A stretch of 64,000 nucleotides of DNA from Candidatus Beckwithbacteria bacterium (GCA_026397255.1 JAPLVF010000013.1:251532-315531), one strand, 5' to 3'; shown: positions 44,952 through 54,712, numbered from the stretch's first letter. The notes: a model not told the origin generated them from the sequence alone. Translations and numbers: made by a program.

Positions 44952-46196
44952 TTATTGAGATTTTATTATTTTGGTGGTGGAGATTTGGGGGTTGTGAGGC
45001 AGGACGATGACGACGCGGCCGCCGGAGCACTGCATAGTCCGGCGCTTGACGGCAAGGTTTGGAGTGCTACTAGAAACAGCCAAAATATCCGGCTTAATTT
45101 GATTAATTAAAGCGCTATGGTCTTCGTCAGAATCGAATTTTTCCGGAAGAGGAAAAACTTCATCGCTAAGCTTTAATTTTTGTAAATTTTTTATTCTTAC
45201 TTCTAATTTATTAATTGGCCGGCCGGGACCTTTAAGCTGGCGAACACGCTGGTCGGCTTCGACGCCAACTAATAAAATACCGCCTTGGTTTTTTGCGGCC
45301 AAAAGCAGTTTTTTATGCTCAATGTGTAAGATGTCGAAAACGCCGGTAACGAGAATTATTTTTGTAGCCTTATGATATTTTTTTAAAACAATCTCTCCGG
45401 TCGGCCGGGGATGAAAAAAAGCAAAGTGACGGCCGATTTTTTCGTGGGTAATTTTTCGCTTCATGTAAAAGTATTGAAATTTAAAAGCTAAAGATTCAAA
45501 AAAATCCATTAATAATCCAATAAGGTCCGACCTTTTTTCAGATTTGTCTTTTAAGGTCGGACCTTGAGGAAAGGAGGGGCCTTGGAAAAAGTTGGGTAAG
45601 TATTGTTTGTACCATGAGTTGGCTGTTAAAAAATTTTGATAGGCTTGGTCACGATTATACAGCGGTTTTAATTGGCAAAGCTCATGGGCGGTATATAGGT
45701 TTTGTTGGGCTAAGATTAAAGCGGATTCGTCCAAAAAAAGATTGAGACAAAAACGGTTGTTAATTTTGTGGCCGCGGCGAAGACGAAAAAATAATAAAGC
45801 AGTTAATAATAAACGAGCTAACCAAAGACGGTTTTTACTAGTAATAATTAATAAATCAATGTCGTCATTTTCAATGCTATTATTCATGCTTAAAGCGCCG
45901 GTAACACCAACTAATTTTATCCAGGGAATCAGGGAAAAAAGCCACTTAATTTGCTTAAGTTTCTGCCACTTTAATTGACTAAAGTGCCAACGTTTTTTTC
46001 TTAAACTCACCAGTTTTTGCCGACCGGGAAGATGAAAATAGGAAGAAGTTGTCCAATAAGGAGACACCTTCGCATTCGCAAAGGAGTCTCCTTTAATGGG
46101 GGAAAATTTAATGACTTCTTCTCTGGTTAAGGGATAGTCAAAAATATCGGCATAGGCAACGGGGGCTAAAATTCCCCGATTAGTTAGCCACGCCAT
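44952..46196 (-). CDS. Two-domain protein with an N-terminal nucleotidyltransferase-like region and a C-terminal cytidylyltransferase-like (RfaE-II/TagD-type HxGH-fold) domain. The start was moved to MAWLTN. It contains an in-frame palindromic element.
   Basis: C-terminal ILVTGVFDILHIEHKKLL...RPINKLEVR (nucleotidyl transfer motif). N-terminal DDIDLLIITSKNRLWLARLL. The element at 46058-46093 encodes KGDSFANAKVSPYW. Confidence 0.5.
   Translation of the reverse strand: MAWLTNRGILAPVAYADIFDYPLTREEVIKFSPIKGDSFANAKVSPYWTTSSYFHLPGRQKLVSLRKKRWHFSQLKWQKLKQIKWLFSLIPWIKLVGVTGALSMNNSIENDDIDLLIITSKNRLWLARLLLTALLFFRLRRGHKINNRFCLNLFLDESALILAQQNLYTAHELCQLKPLYNRDQAYQNFLTANSWYKQYLPNFFQGPSFPQGPTLKDKSEKRSDLIGLLMDFFESLAFKFQYFYMKRKITHEKIGRHFAFFHPRPTGEIVLKKYHKATKIILVTGVFDILHIEHKKLLLAAKNQGGILLVGVEADQRVRQLKGPGRPINKLEVRIKNLQKLKLSDEVFPLPEKFDSDEDHSALINQIKPDILAVSSSTPNLAVKRRTMQCSGGRVVIVLPHNPQISTTKIIKSQ
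46058..46093. repeat. Palindromic hairpin element family A, copy 2 (AAGGAGACACCTTCGCATTCGCAAAGGAGTCTCCTT), located inside the CDS 44952-46196.
   Basis: Read directly from the sequence. Identical to copy 3 including the 5' flank CCAAT. Translated in-frame as KGDSFANAKVSPYW. Confidence 0.85.
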
Positions 46197-47640
46197 ATTG
46201 CGACAACACCTGGGAAACTCCTTGAGATAAGTTTTTGGTAATATCGGTTTCGGACTGGTTTTTAAGATAACCATTAATGGCGTCTTCATAATATTTAATC
46301 AGTTTAGTGTCCAAACCGTTATCAGAAGTGTTAGCAGCCATCGGCCAAGATTGGGCGGTTAAGCCAGTAGCAACAATTGCCCCCAAATACGGGTCGGCTT
46401 GAAGCTGGCTGGCCATGTCCTGACGAGGATAGGGTTCACCGAAAAGCCTAGATTGAGAAGCAGAGTTATAGAGTTTAATTAATGCCTCACGGGAGCTTAA
46501 ATATTTAACAAAATCCCAGGCGGCAGCCTGATTAGCGGATTTTTTGGAAACTCCTTCAAGCCAATAGGTGGCCCAATTAACATTAGTGCCGGGCAGTTGA
46601 GGAACAGGATAAAGTTTAAAATTTAATTTGGGATTGGTCTGTTTAATTTCCAGGGCGCGCCAGGACGGGGCAATTATCATGGCCACCTTACCCGTAGCAA
46701 AAGCCAGGGTAGAGTTGGGCAAGGCGTCACTCCAAGAACGATCCTGGGTGACAAAAAGGGTATAAAATTTTAAGGCAGAGGTGACGGCTTCTGTATCGGC
46801 CTTACCGGGATTGCCGCCGTTTTGCAAAATCATCAGGCCTAAAATATCGGAAAAATTATCCACGTTGCTGGCAGCGCCTAAGGCGACGCCGGCCCGGGTG
46901 GGAATCCCCCGGGCATCTCTAGTGGTTAAATTAAAAGCGGTTTGGCGCAAGTTATCCCAGGTGGCCGGCACCTTTAAAGAGGAATCCTGACTAAAAATAT
47001 CTTCATTAACATATAAGGCCAAAGCATCAAACATTAAAGGGACGCCGTAGTAATGTCCGTTAAAGAAAACGTCTTTTTTAACCACCGGGTAAAAAGTCGT
47101 GTCAAATTCATTAGGAGAATAAATGGTGTCCGGGATCGGGGACAAGTCAGTTTTAAACATCGGCAGCCAAGTATTGTGCCAGCGGAAAATATCCGGGCCG
47201 CCGCCTTTAGCCAGGCTGGACTGCAACCGTTCGCGGTAGTCCTGAGACGATTGAAGCAGGTACTGAATGGTGACGTTGGGGTGAGTGGATTGATAGTCGC
47301 TGATAATGGAGGCCATTAAATTTTCCGGCTCCCAGAGACCCCAATATTGCAAGGTAATTGTCTCCGGAACTTTGGGTTTTTGAAATTTTGGCAAAATCAC
47401 CTTGGTGACTAAAAGAAAGAGTAAAAATAAGAGGGCAGCACCGATTAATAACGGGAAAATGTGCTTGAAAAACGGCTCGGAAACCTGATTAGGGGCGGCC
47501 GGCTCGCCTGGTGGCGGGGTGGACGGCACTCCTTCGCCAGAGGTTTCGACGGGCAAGGCCGGGGCGGTTAACGAACCTCCTTCGCCAGGAGCTTCGGCGG
47601 TTGAGATCGGAAAGGGTGGTTCAACAACGTCGCTAGACAT
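46180..47640 (-). CDS. Family-1 extracellular solute-binding protein (sugar ABC-type SBP), membrane-anchored with a Pro-rich N-terminal tail. No permease or ATPase genes are adjacent.
   Basis: TLQYWGLWEPENLMASIISDYQSTHPNVTIQY... is the SBP_bac_1 pattern. The N-terminal 60 aa are Pro/Glu/Gly-rich and followed by a TM. Confidence 0.7.
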   Translation of the reverse strand: MSSDVVEPPFPISTAEAPGEGGSLTAPALPVETSGEGVPSTPPPGEPAAPNQVSEPFFKHIFPLLIGAALLFLLFLLVTKVILPKFQKPKVPETITLQYWGLWEPENLMASIISDYQSTHPNVTIQYLLQSSQDYRERLQSSLAKGGGPDIFRWHNTWLPMFKTDLSPIPDTIYSPNEFDTTFYPVVKKDVFFNGHYYGVPLMFDALALYVNEDIFSQDSSLKVPATWDNLRQTAFNLTTRDARGIPTRAGVALGAASNVDNFSDILGLMILQNGGNPGKADTEAVTSALKFYTLFVTQDRSWSDALPNSTLAFATGKVAMIIAPSWRALEIKQTNPKLNFKLYPVPQLPGTNVNWATYWLEGVSKKSANQAAAWDFVKYLSSREALIKLYNSASQSRLFGEPYPRQDMASQLQADPYLGAIVATGLTAQSWPMAANTSDNGLDTKLIKYYEDAINGYLKNQSETDITKNLSQGVSQVLSQYGVAN

Positions 47641-47667
47641 TATGTTATCATCTTAACAAGAGCGATT

Positions 47668-49374
47668 ATGAGAAGCAAATTAGTTTATGTCTGGGCGGGA
47701 ATATTAATTGGTTTAAGCGGCATTATTTCTTTATATCATTTGGCTTACCTGAATAAAATTTACCCTTACGTCTCAGTCGGCTTAGTAAATATTTCTAACT
47801 TAACTTTGGACCAGGCAGAAAAAAGACTGGCCAGTTTTTCCCCTTCAAAAATACCCGTGATTAAGTTAACTTTTGGCAACCAGGAATGGCCGATAAATTT
47901 GGCGGAGACGCAAATTAAATATGATCCAAAGGCCACAGCAGAAGAAGCGTTTTTAAGAGGTAGGGGTCAAGGAATTGTTAAAGATTCGACAGTAAAATGG
48001 CAACAGTGGTTTAAGCCGAAAAACTTAACCATGAATTATTCAGTTGACGAACAAAAGTTACAAGAATTAATCGACGTGGTCACCCAAGCCGTGGAAGAAA
48101 AACCAATAATGCCGGCATTAACCTTAAACAACGATGGAAAAATTAGTTTAGTCCCGGGCAAGAATGGCCGCTTGGTGGAAAAAGATATTTTGGAACAAAC
48201 AATTTTAAATCAAATCGGGCGGTTAAATTTTAATAACGTGGCCATCCCGATCAAGTTAATTACAATCGATGTTTCCGGAGAAGAATTAAGCCAAGCGCAA
48301 ATAAAAGCAGAGGCAATAAAAGATAAAACCTTAACCTTAAAATATGCCGACTTTTCCAGAGAGATCAAGGGACAAGAGCTAATTAATTTAATCAGCTGGC
48401 ATAACGACTGGGATGAAGAAAAAATAACAGAGATAATTAATAGTTTGGGGCAGGATATAAACCGTGAGGCACAAAACGCGATGTTTCAGTTTGCCAACAA
48501 CCGGGTGACAGAGTTTAAGCCAGCGCTACCCGGACTGAAAGTTAACGAAGCAGAAACACGGAAACGAATTATTGATAGTTTAAACACTTGGCAGCCGGTA
48601 GAGGTGGCGGTCGAGACAGAGGAGCCGAAAATCAAAACAGAACAAGCTAATGACCTGGGGATTAAAGAATTAATCGGCAAGGGTGAATCGTATTTTTATC
48701 ATTCGATTCCCGGCCGCATCCACAATATCGCTTTGACCGCTGCCAAATTAAACGGGGTTTTAGTCGCGCCGGGAGAAACTTTTTCTTTTAACCAAACCGT
48801 GGGTGATATTTCCGCGGCGACCGGTTACGAAGCGGCTTACATTATTAAAGAAGGCCGGACAGTGCTGGGCGATGGCGGCGGAGTTTGTCAGGACTCAACT
48901 ACCCTCTTCAGGGCGGTTTTGAATGCTGGACTGGAGATTGTCGAGCGCCGGGCCCATGCTTACCGGGTTGGTTATTATGAAAATAACTCCGCTCCGGGAT
49001 TTGACGCCACTGTTTTCGCTCCATCGCCGGACTTTAAATTTACCAATGATACCGGGGCGTATGTTTTAATTCAAACCACGACGGATACGGAGAAACTGTA
49101 TTTAAAAATGGAACTGTACGGCACCAATGACGGCCGGACAGTCACCATCAGCAACATCAGATTGTGGGACCAAACGCCGCCGCCGCAACCGCTTTATCAA
49201 GATGACCCGACGTTACCGGCCGGGCAAGTAAAACAAGTGGACTTTGCCGCCTGGGGAGCGAAAGCGGCGTTTGACTGGAAAGTGGCAAGAAATGGCGAAA
49301 CCTTGCGCCAAAAAACTTTTTATTCTGTTTACCAACCCTGGCAGGCAGTGTATTTAAGAGGGACAAAAATTTAA
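47668..49374 (+). CDS. VanW-family protein (putative peptidoglycan-associated), membrane-anchored.
   Basis: C-terminal YHSIPGRIHNIALTAAKLNGVLVAPGETFSFNQTVGDIS...GGGVCQDSTTLFRAVLNAGLEIVERRAHAYRVGYY is the VanW domain. Confidence 0.7.
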   Translation: MRSKLVYVWAGILIGLSGIISLYHLAYLNKIYPYVSVGLVNISNLTLDQAEKRLASFSPSKIPVIKLTFGNQEWPINLAETQIKYDPKATAEEAFLRGRGQGIVKDSTVKWQQWFKPKNLTMNYSVDEQKLQELIDVVTQAVEEKPIMPALTLNNDGKISLVPGKNGRLVEKDILEQTILNQIGRLNFNNVAIPIKLITIDVSGEELSQAQIKAEAIKDKTLTLKYADFSREIKGQELINLISWHNDWDEEKITEIINSLGQDINREAQNAMFQFANNRVTEFKPALPGLKVNEAETRKRIIDSLNTWQPVEVAVETEEPKIKTEQANDLGIKELIGKGESYFYHSIPGRIHNIALTAAKLNGVLVAPGETFSFNQTVGDISAATGYEAAYIIKEGRTVLGDGGGVCQDSTTLFRAVLNAGLEIVERRAHAYRVGYYENNSAPGFDATVFAPSPDFKFTNDTGAYVLIQTTTDTEKLYLKMELYGTNDGRTVTISNIRLWDQTPPPQPLYQDDPTLPAGQVKQVDFAAWGAKAAFDWKVARNGETLRQKTFYSVYQPWQAVYLRGTKI

Positions 49375-50360
49375 ATTAGCTTTTGCTGTTCTAGACTGGC
49401 CGGTGGGTTTTTGCCAAAATGGGAATAGGCTTTGGGGGTGGCAAAACGGCCGCGGGGGGAACGCTTTAAAAATCCAATCTGCATTAAATAGGGCTCTATT
49501 ACCTCTTCGATGGTTTCTTTATCTTCACTAATAATCGCGGCTAAAGTTTCCAGGCCAACCGGACCGCCTTGATATTTATCAATTAAAGCCCTTAAAAGCC
49601 GACGGTCGTTGGCATCCAAGCCCATTTCATCAACTTCCAAAAGCGCCAAAGATTCATCTAAAACCGCTTTGGTAATCCCCGATTCGCCTTGAATTTGGGC
49701 GAGGTCACGACAACGCTTTAAAAGTTTTAAAGCAATCCGAGGGGTACCTCTGGCCCGGCGGGCTAAACTCTCGGCTGCGGCCGAATCGAGATTAATTTTG
49801 AGTTTGTGACTGGCGTTTTTAAGCACCTGCATTAAGTCTTCGGGCTCATAAAAAGTTAAGCGGTGAACAATACCAAAGCGGTCACGCAAGGGAGCGGCAA
49901 TTAAACCGATCCGGGTGGTGGCGCCGATAAGGGTAAACTTGGGTAAATCCAGTTTTAAAGTTCGGGCGGACGGACCCTGGCCGACGATAATATCCAAGTG
50001 ATAATCCTCCATCGCCGGATAAAGCGTTTCTTCAACGATTTTGGGTAAACGATGGACTTCGTCAATAAAGAAAATGTCACCTTGGTTTAAGTTGGTTAAA
50101 ATTGAGGCCAAGTCCCCGGCCCGCTCCAAAGCCGGCCCGGAAGAAGCACGAATATTAACATTTAATTCTTTAGCAATTAAGTGAGCCAGGGAGGTTTTGC
50201 CCAAACCGGGCGGGCCGTAAAGCAAGATATGCTCAACCGGCTCTTTTCTTTTTTTGGCGGCAGATAAAGCCACCCGTAAAGCTTTTTTAATTTTCCCCTG
50301 GCCAACAAAAGTATCCCAGGAGTCGACCCGGAGATTGGGAAATAAATCTTGTTTATCCAT
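49371..50360 (-). CDS. ruvB: Holliday junction branch-migration ATPase RuvB.
   Basis: LLYGPPGLGKTSLA, DEVHRL, and the C-terminal winged-helix region. Confidence 0.95.
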   Translation of the reverse strand: MDKQDLFPNLRVDSWDTFVGQGKIKKALRVALSAAKKRKEPVEHILLYGPPGLGKTSLAHLIAKELNVNIRASSGPALERAGDLASILTNLNQGDIFFIDEVHRLPKIVEETLYPAMEDYHLDIIVGQGPSARTLKLDLPKFTLIGATTRIGLIAAPLRDRFGIVHRLTFYEPEDLMQVLKNASHKLKINLDSAAAESLARRARGTPRIALKLLKRCRDLAQIQGESGITKAVLDESLALLEVDEMGLDANDRRLLRALIDKYQGGPVGLETLAAIISEDKETIEEVIEPYLMQIGFLKRSPRGRFATPKAYSHFGKNPPASLEQQKLI

Positions 50361-50362
50361 AA

Positions 50363-50938
50363 TTATTTTTTGCCTAATAATTTAATGGCTTGAGAAATCT
50401 TCGCCTCTAAGGTGGGTTGGTCGCTAACCTGATTCAAGGCTTCGCGGGCTTCTTGCCGGGAAAAGCCCAGGCTGGTTAAAGCATTAACCACGTCTTTAGT
50501 GACGCTGGTATCGCTGGTTAAGTCCAGCTCTTTTAAGCTACCGAGCTTGGATTTTAATTCAATAATAATTTTTTGGCTATTTTTGCGGCCCAGGCGAGGC
50601 ACAGTGGTAAAAAAATCAACGTCGGCCTGATTAACCGCCTGAGTAATGGCGTTGACACCTTTGTCCATAATATGAATGCCAGTTTTGGGGCCGACACCGG
50701 AAACAGAAATAATTAATTTAAATAATTGAAGTTCGTCTTTGGTGGCAAAACCATAAAGATCCAGAGCATCATCACGAACATGGGTGTAGATAAATAAAGT
50801 GCGGGGTTCGGAGTACGGAGCGCGGAGTGATTCAAGAAGTTTTTGAATGACAAAAACTTTATAACCAACACCGTTAACGTCAAGAATAATCGATTCGCTG
50901 TCTAAAATTTCCGCTTTGCCGGTAAGTTTGGCGATCAT
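50363..50938 (-). CDS. ruvA: Holliday junction DNA helicase subunit RuvA.
   Basis: MIAKLTGKAEI...GVGYKVF... with an HhH region (SGVGPKTG). Confidence 0.9.
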   Translation of the reverse strand: MIAKLTGKAEILDSESIILDVNGVGYKVFVIQKLLESLRAPYSEPRTLFIYTHVRDDALDLYGFATKDELQLFKLIISVSGVGPKTGIHIMDKGVNAITQAVNQADVDFFTTVPRLGRKNSQKIIIELKSKLGSLKELDLTSDTSVTKDVVNALTSLGFSRQEAREALNQVSDQPTLEAKISQAIKLLGKK

Positions 50939-50942
50939 TAAC

Positions 50943-51431
50943 TTATTTTATCTTATTTCCCAACTTATTACTAAAGGCGTGGGTGAGAGCAATCGCCAGA
51001 GCATCGGCGACGTCATCGGGTTGAGGAATAGTATTTAATTTTAAAATTGATTTAACCATTTGCTGGACCTGAGTTTTTTCGGCGCGGCCATAACCGGTGA
51101 CAGCCATTTTTACCTGCAGAGGAGTGTAAGAAAAGATTGGCATATTAAGCTTTTCTGCCGCAAGCAAGATAACCCCCCTAGCCTGCGCTACCTTAATGAC
51201 CGTAGTTTGATTTTTAAAGAAAAACAGGCTTTCGACGGCCACGGCAGCGGGTTTAATTTTACTTAGTATTTTGGTAAAGCCGGCAAATAATTTTAAGAGC
51301 CGTTGAGATTCGGACAATTTAAGGCTGGTTTCCAAACAGCCGTAATCGCCTACCTGACAGTCGTTGTTTTTTTCGGACACGACTCCCCAACCGATTCTGG
51401 CTGTACCGGGATCAACACCTAAAATAAGCAT
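50943..51431 (-). CDS. ruvC: Holliday junction resolvase RuvC.
   Basis: MLILGVDPGTARIGWGVV... The catalytic Asp/Glu pattern is present. Confidence 0.9.
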   Translation of the reverse strand: MLILGVDPGTARIGWGVVSEKNNDCQVGDYGCLETSLKLSESQRLLKLFAGFTKILSKIKPAAVAVESLFFFKNQTTVIKVAQARGVILLAAEKLNMPIFSYTPLQVKMAVTGYGRAEKTQVQQMVKSILKLNTIPQPDDVADALAIALTHAFSNKLGNKIK

Positions 51432-51460
51432 AAGATAATTATAATGGTAAAATAGAATTT

Positions 51461-53548
51461 ATGGATAAACAGTATCAGCCGAAAGAGTTTGAGGCAAAAA
51501 TTTACCAGATGTGGGAAAAGTCAGGCGCGTTTAAACCGACAGCGAAGGGTAAGCCGTACACGATTATTATGCCACCGCCGAATGCGAATGATCCGTTACA
51601 CGTAGGCCACGCAATGTTCGTGACAATTGAAGATATTTTTATCCGTTATCATCGGATGTTGGGTGAAGCAACTTTGTGGCTGCCGGGAACCGATCATGCC
51701 GGAATTGAAACTCAATATGTGTTTGAAAAGAAACTGAAAAAAGAAGGCAAAAGCCGCTTTGATTTTGACCGGGAAACTTTATACCAAATGATTTGGGATT
51801 ACGTGCAGAAAAATAAAACTACAGCAATTGATCAAATGAAAAAATTGGGGGCAAGCGCTGATTGGACCAAGCTAAAATTTACTTTAGATAAAGATATTGT
51901 CGATCAGGCATTGGACGCATTTATTAAATTATATAAAGACGGGTTGGTTTACAGAGGCTTGAGGCTCGTTAATTATTGTACCGGATGCGGAACAGGTTTT
52001 TCTAATTTAGAAATAAATCACATCGAGAGAACTGAACCACTTTATTACTTAAAATACGGCCCATTTACTTTGGCAACAACCAGACCGGAAACTAAATTTG
52101 GGGATACGGCGGTAGCAGTTAACCCAAAAGACAAGCGTTATCAAAAATGGATTGGTAAACAAATTGAGGTCGAGGGACTAGCGGGAAAATTTAAATTAAA
52201 AGTAATTAGTGATAATTATGTCGACATGAAGTTTGGCACAGGAGTAGTAAAAATTACGCCAGCCCATGATTTTAATGATTATGAGGTGTGGCAAAGACAT
52301 AAAAACGAAATTCCTCAACCAAAACAAGTAATCGACTTTAATGGCAAGCTAAATGCTTTAGCCGGCAAGTATCAAGGGATGAAAATTAATGAGGTTAGAA
52401 AAGTGATTGTTGAAGATCTAAAACAAAAAGGATTGATGGTAAAAATTGATGAAAATTATCAGCATGCTCTGGCTGTGTGTTACCGCTGCGGCCGAACAAT
52501 TGAACCATTGCCCATGGCCCAGTTTTTCATTAAAGTTAAGCCTTTAACCAAAAAAGTCTTGGCTTCCTTGAATAAGGGTGAGGTAAAAATTTATGGATCA
52601 GGCAGGGAAAAAATTCTTCGTCACTGGTTGGCTATTTTAGACGACTGGAATATCTCCCGACAAATTGTTTGGGGTATTACTATTCCAGTTTGGTACTGTA
52701 ATAAAAAGACTAATGATCCGGGTCAGTGTTTTGTGGTTAGTCAAACAAGGCCAAAAAAGTGTCCCAAGTGTGGGGCGACTGAATTCGAAGCGGAAACTGA
52801 CACTTTTGACACCTGGTTTTCCTCTTCTCAATGGCCCTTCCTTACACTTAGGGCAAGTCCTGACAAGAATGATTTTGAACGTTTCTATCCAACCAGCTTA
52901 ATGGAGACAGGTTATGATATTTTGCCGATTTGGGTAATGCGAATGTTAATGATGGGTTTGCATTTAACCGAAAAAGTGCCATTTAAACAAGTTTATTTAC
53001 ATGGCTTGGTAAGAGATGAAAAAGGACAAAAGATGAGTAAAAGTAAAGGGAATGCGATGAATCCGCTGGATGTGGTAGAAAAATACGGAGCCGATGCCTT
53101 AAGAATGGCTTTAGTGATGAGCACGACAGCCGGACAAGATAGCACCGTAGGTGAAGGAAAAATCCGGGGAATGCGAAATTTAACAAATAAGATCTGGAAT
53201 GCAACAAGATATGTGCTTAATATGCCTGAGCAAAAAGGACAATCGAAATACGAAAAAGAATTGAAAGAAAATTTAAAAATAAATATTAAAACTGTTACTG
53301 GTAGATTAAACAAGTTAAAACCTGGACAGGCCGCAGAGTGGATTTATGATTGGTTTTGGCATACTTATTGCGACCGTTATATTGAGTTGGCAAAAAAAGG
53401 GCTAATCGGGAAAAAATTAATGATTGAGGTTCTGCAAACAAATTTAAAACTCCTCCACCCGTTTGTGCCGTTTGTGACCGAAGCGGTTTGGCAACAATTG
53501 CCGGGAAATAAAGAAAAGTTGTTAATAAATTCAAGATGGCCAAAATAA
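51461..53548 (+). CDS. valS: Valyl-tRNA synthetase, short form (695 aa) lacking the C-terminal coiled-coil.
   Basis: PPPNANDPLHVGHA (HIGH), GTDHAGIETQ, editing-domain motif GTGVVKITPAHDFNDY, KMSKSKGN. Confidence 0.9.
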   Translation: MDKQYQPKEFEAKIYQMWEKSGAFKPTAKGKPYTIIMPPPNANDPLHVGHAMFVTIEDIFIRYHRMLGEATLWLPGTDHAGIETQYVFEKKLKKEGKSRFDFDRETLYQMIWDYVQKNKTTAIDQMKKLGASADWTKLKFTLDKDIVDQALDAFIKLYKDGLVYRGLRLVNYCTGCGTGFSNLEINHIERTEPLYYLKYGPFTLATTRPETKFGDTAVAVNPKDKRYQKWIGKQIEVEGLAGKFKLKVISDNYVDMKFGTGVVKITPAHDFNDYEVWQRHKNEIPQPKQVIDFNGKLNALAGKYQGMKINEVRKVIVEDLKQKGLMVKIDENYQHALAVCYRCGRTIEPLPMAQFFIKVKPLTKKVLASLNKGEVKIYGSGREKILRHWLAILDDWNISRQIVWGITIPVWYCNKKTNDPGQCFVVSQTRPKKCPKCGATEFEAETDTFDTWFSSSQWPFLTLRASPDKNDFERFYPTSLMETGYDILPIWVMRMLMMGLHLTEKVPFKQVYLHGLVRDEKGQKMSKSKGNAMNPLDVVEKYGADALRMALVMSTTAGQDSTVGEGKIRGMRNLTNKIWNATRYVLNMPEQKGQSKYEKELKENLKINIKTVTGRLNKLKPGQAAEWIYDWFWHTYCDRYIELAKKGLIGKKLMIEVLQTNLKLLHPFVPFVTEAVWQQLPGNKEKLLINSRWPK

Positions 53549-53556
53549 ATTCCAAT

Positions 53557-53600
53557 AAGGAGACACCTTCGCATTCGCAAAGGAGTCTCCTTTTAAAATA
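53557..53600 (+). terminator. Intrinsic terminator of valS, formed by copy 3 of the palindromic element (AAGGAGAC-A-CCTT...AAGG-A-GTCTCCTT) followed by TTTTAAAATATTT.
   Basis: The hairpin lies 9 nt after the valS stop and is followed by a T-run. Confidence 0.6.
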
Positions 53601-53642
53601 TTTAATAACTCTAGGCAAAAGTGTTTACCGGCCGGTAAAACC

Positions 53643-53662
53643 GATCCGCCAGCTGGCGGATC
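53643..53662. repeat. Perfect 20-nt palindrome GATCCGCCAGCTGGCGGATC, family B copy 2.
   Basis: Read directly from the sequence. Related copies at 44866-44885 (AATCCGCCAGCTGGCGGATT) and 59969-59984 (TCCGCCAGCTGGCGGA). Confidence 0.85.
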
Positions 53663-53668
53663 CCCTGT

Positions 53669-53988
53669 TGAAAAAAATAAAAATTGTTTATTTGTTGGTG
53701 GTTTTGTTAATTGTCGGAATGATCGGCAACTATCAATATTGGCAGGAGAAAAGAGCGTTCCAGGCCAGCCAAAAACAAAAAACTGTAATTCAGCAGGAAA
53801 TTGTTTCATTGGAAAAAGAGCTAGAAAAAAAACCGGAATACCGGGATGTTTTATTAAAATTAGCGCTATTAAATTACCAGATTTTGGAGACGGAAAAAGC
53901 AAAAGAGTACTGGAATCGGGCAAATTATCTAGATCCAAATAATTTAGAAGTGCAAAAAATCGGAGAGGTTATTTCTTCTCAGCTTTAG
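53669..53988 (+). CDS. Small membrane-anchored TPR-like protein, with a tentative TTG start. The track ORF from 53536 reads through the valS terminator and is probably 5'-overextended.
   Basis: TM IVYLLVVLLIVGMIG followed by helical repeats (...EYWNRANYLDPNNLEVQKIG). Confidence 0.3.
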
Positions 53989-54712
53989 GCTCGGACTTAG
54001 TTTCAGGCTTGGCAGCTTCTTTTTTAGGCTCAGGTTTGACACCAGGCTTAGGCTCCTTCGCCAAGGCTTCGGCGCCCGAAGCGGGTTTGGCTTCACCTTC
54101 AGCCGGAACAGCGGCTTCGACAACTGGCGCGGCAACGACTTCTTCTTTGGTCGGCTCTTCAATCTTAACTACCAACTCATCTAAGTTCTCGGACATTATT
54201 TTAACTTTGGCGGTATCGACCTTAATATCTTTCAAACTAATCCCCTGGCCGATTTCTGCCAATTTAGAAACGTCAATCATGAATTTTTCCGGTAAGTCCC
54301 GGGGTAGGGCTTCAACTTCTGTCTCATGAATTAGCTGAATGAGAACGCCGCCCTTGGTGGTGGCCGGGGCAATGCCGCTAACCTCAACCGGAATGGCGAC
54401 AACAACTTTCTTGGTCAGGTCAACCTGGTGAAAGTCCGCGTGTAAAATTTCGTCAGTAACCGGATGTTGTTGAACTGAATGAATTAAGACCGGGCGTGGC
54501 TTTGCTTCTTTGATTATTTCCAGGTCTAAAATGGCGGTTTCTCCGGCTTTGGCGAAAACCGCCTTAAATTCTTTGGCAGGAATTTGAATGGATAAAGATT
54601 TAACATCTTTACCATAAATATTGGCGGGAATAATCCCCTGGCGGCGGAGTTGTTTAACCTTACGGCCGGAAATTTTTCTTGGTTCAGCTTTTAATTTCAG
54701 ATTGTTTGGCAT
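53969..54712 (-). CDS. rplY: 50S ribosomal protein L25 / general stress protein Ctc, with a Lys/Glu/Pro/Ala-rich C-terminal extension.
   Basis: MPNNLKLKAEPRKISGRKVKQLRRQGIIPANIYGK... is the bL25 N-domain. The C-terminal 60 aa are low-complexity (EAKPASGAEALAKEPKPGVKPEPKKEAAKPE). Confidence 0.85.
   Translation of the reverse strand: MPNNLKLKAEPRKISGRKVKQLRRQGIIPANIYGKDVKSLSIQIPAKEFKAVFAKAGETAILDLEIIKEAKPRPVLIHSVQQHPVTDEILHADFHQVDLTKKVVVAIPVEVSGIAPATTKGGVLIQLIHETEVEALPRDLPEKFMIDVSKLAEIGQGISLKDIKVDTAKVKIMSENLDELVVKIEEPTKEEVVAAPVVEAAVPAEGEAKPASGAEALAKEPKPGVKPEPKKEAAKPETKSEPKAEKK

Noticed and set aside
53643-53662. Palindrome B as an intrinsic terminator.
   Set aside because: It has a 5-7-bp GC stem with only a 4-nt loop and no downstream T-run in any of the three copies. 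The family A element directly upstream already supplies the valS terminator.
53531-53938. 135-aa minus-strand ORF ending ...KGDSFANAKVSPYWNLFWPS.
   Set aside because: It is antisense to the more protein-like TPR ORF. Its C-terminus is just the translated palindromic element, its composition is low-complexity, and no start or RBS is evident.
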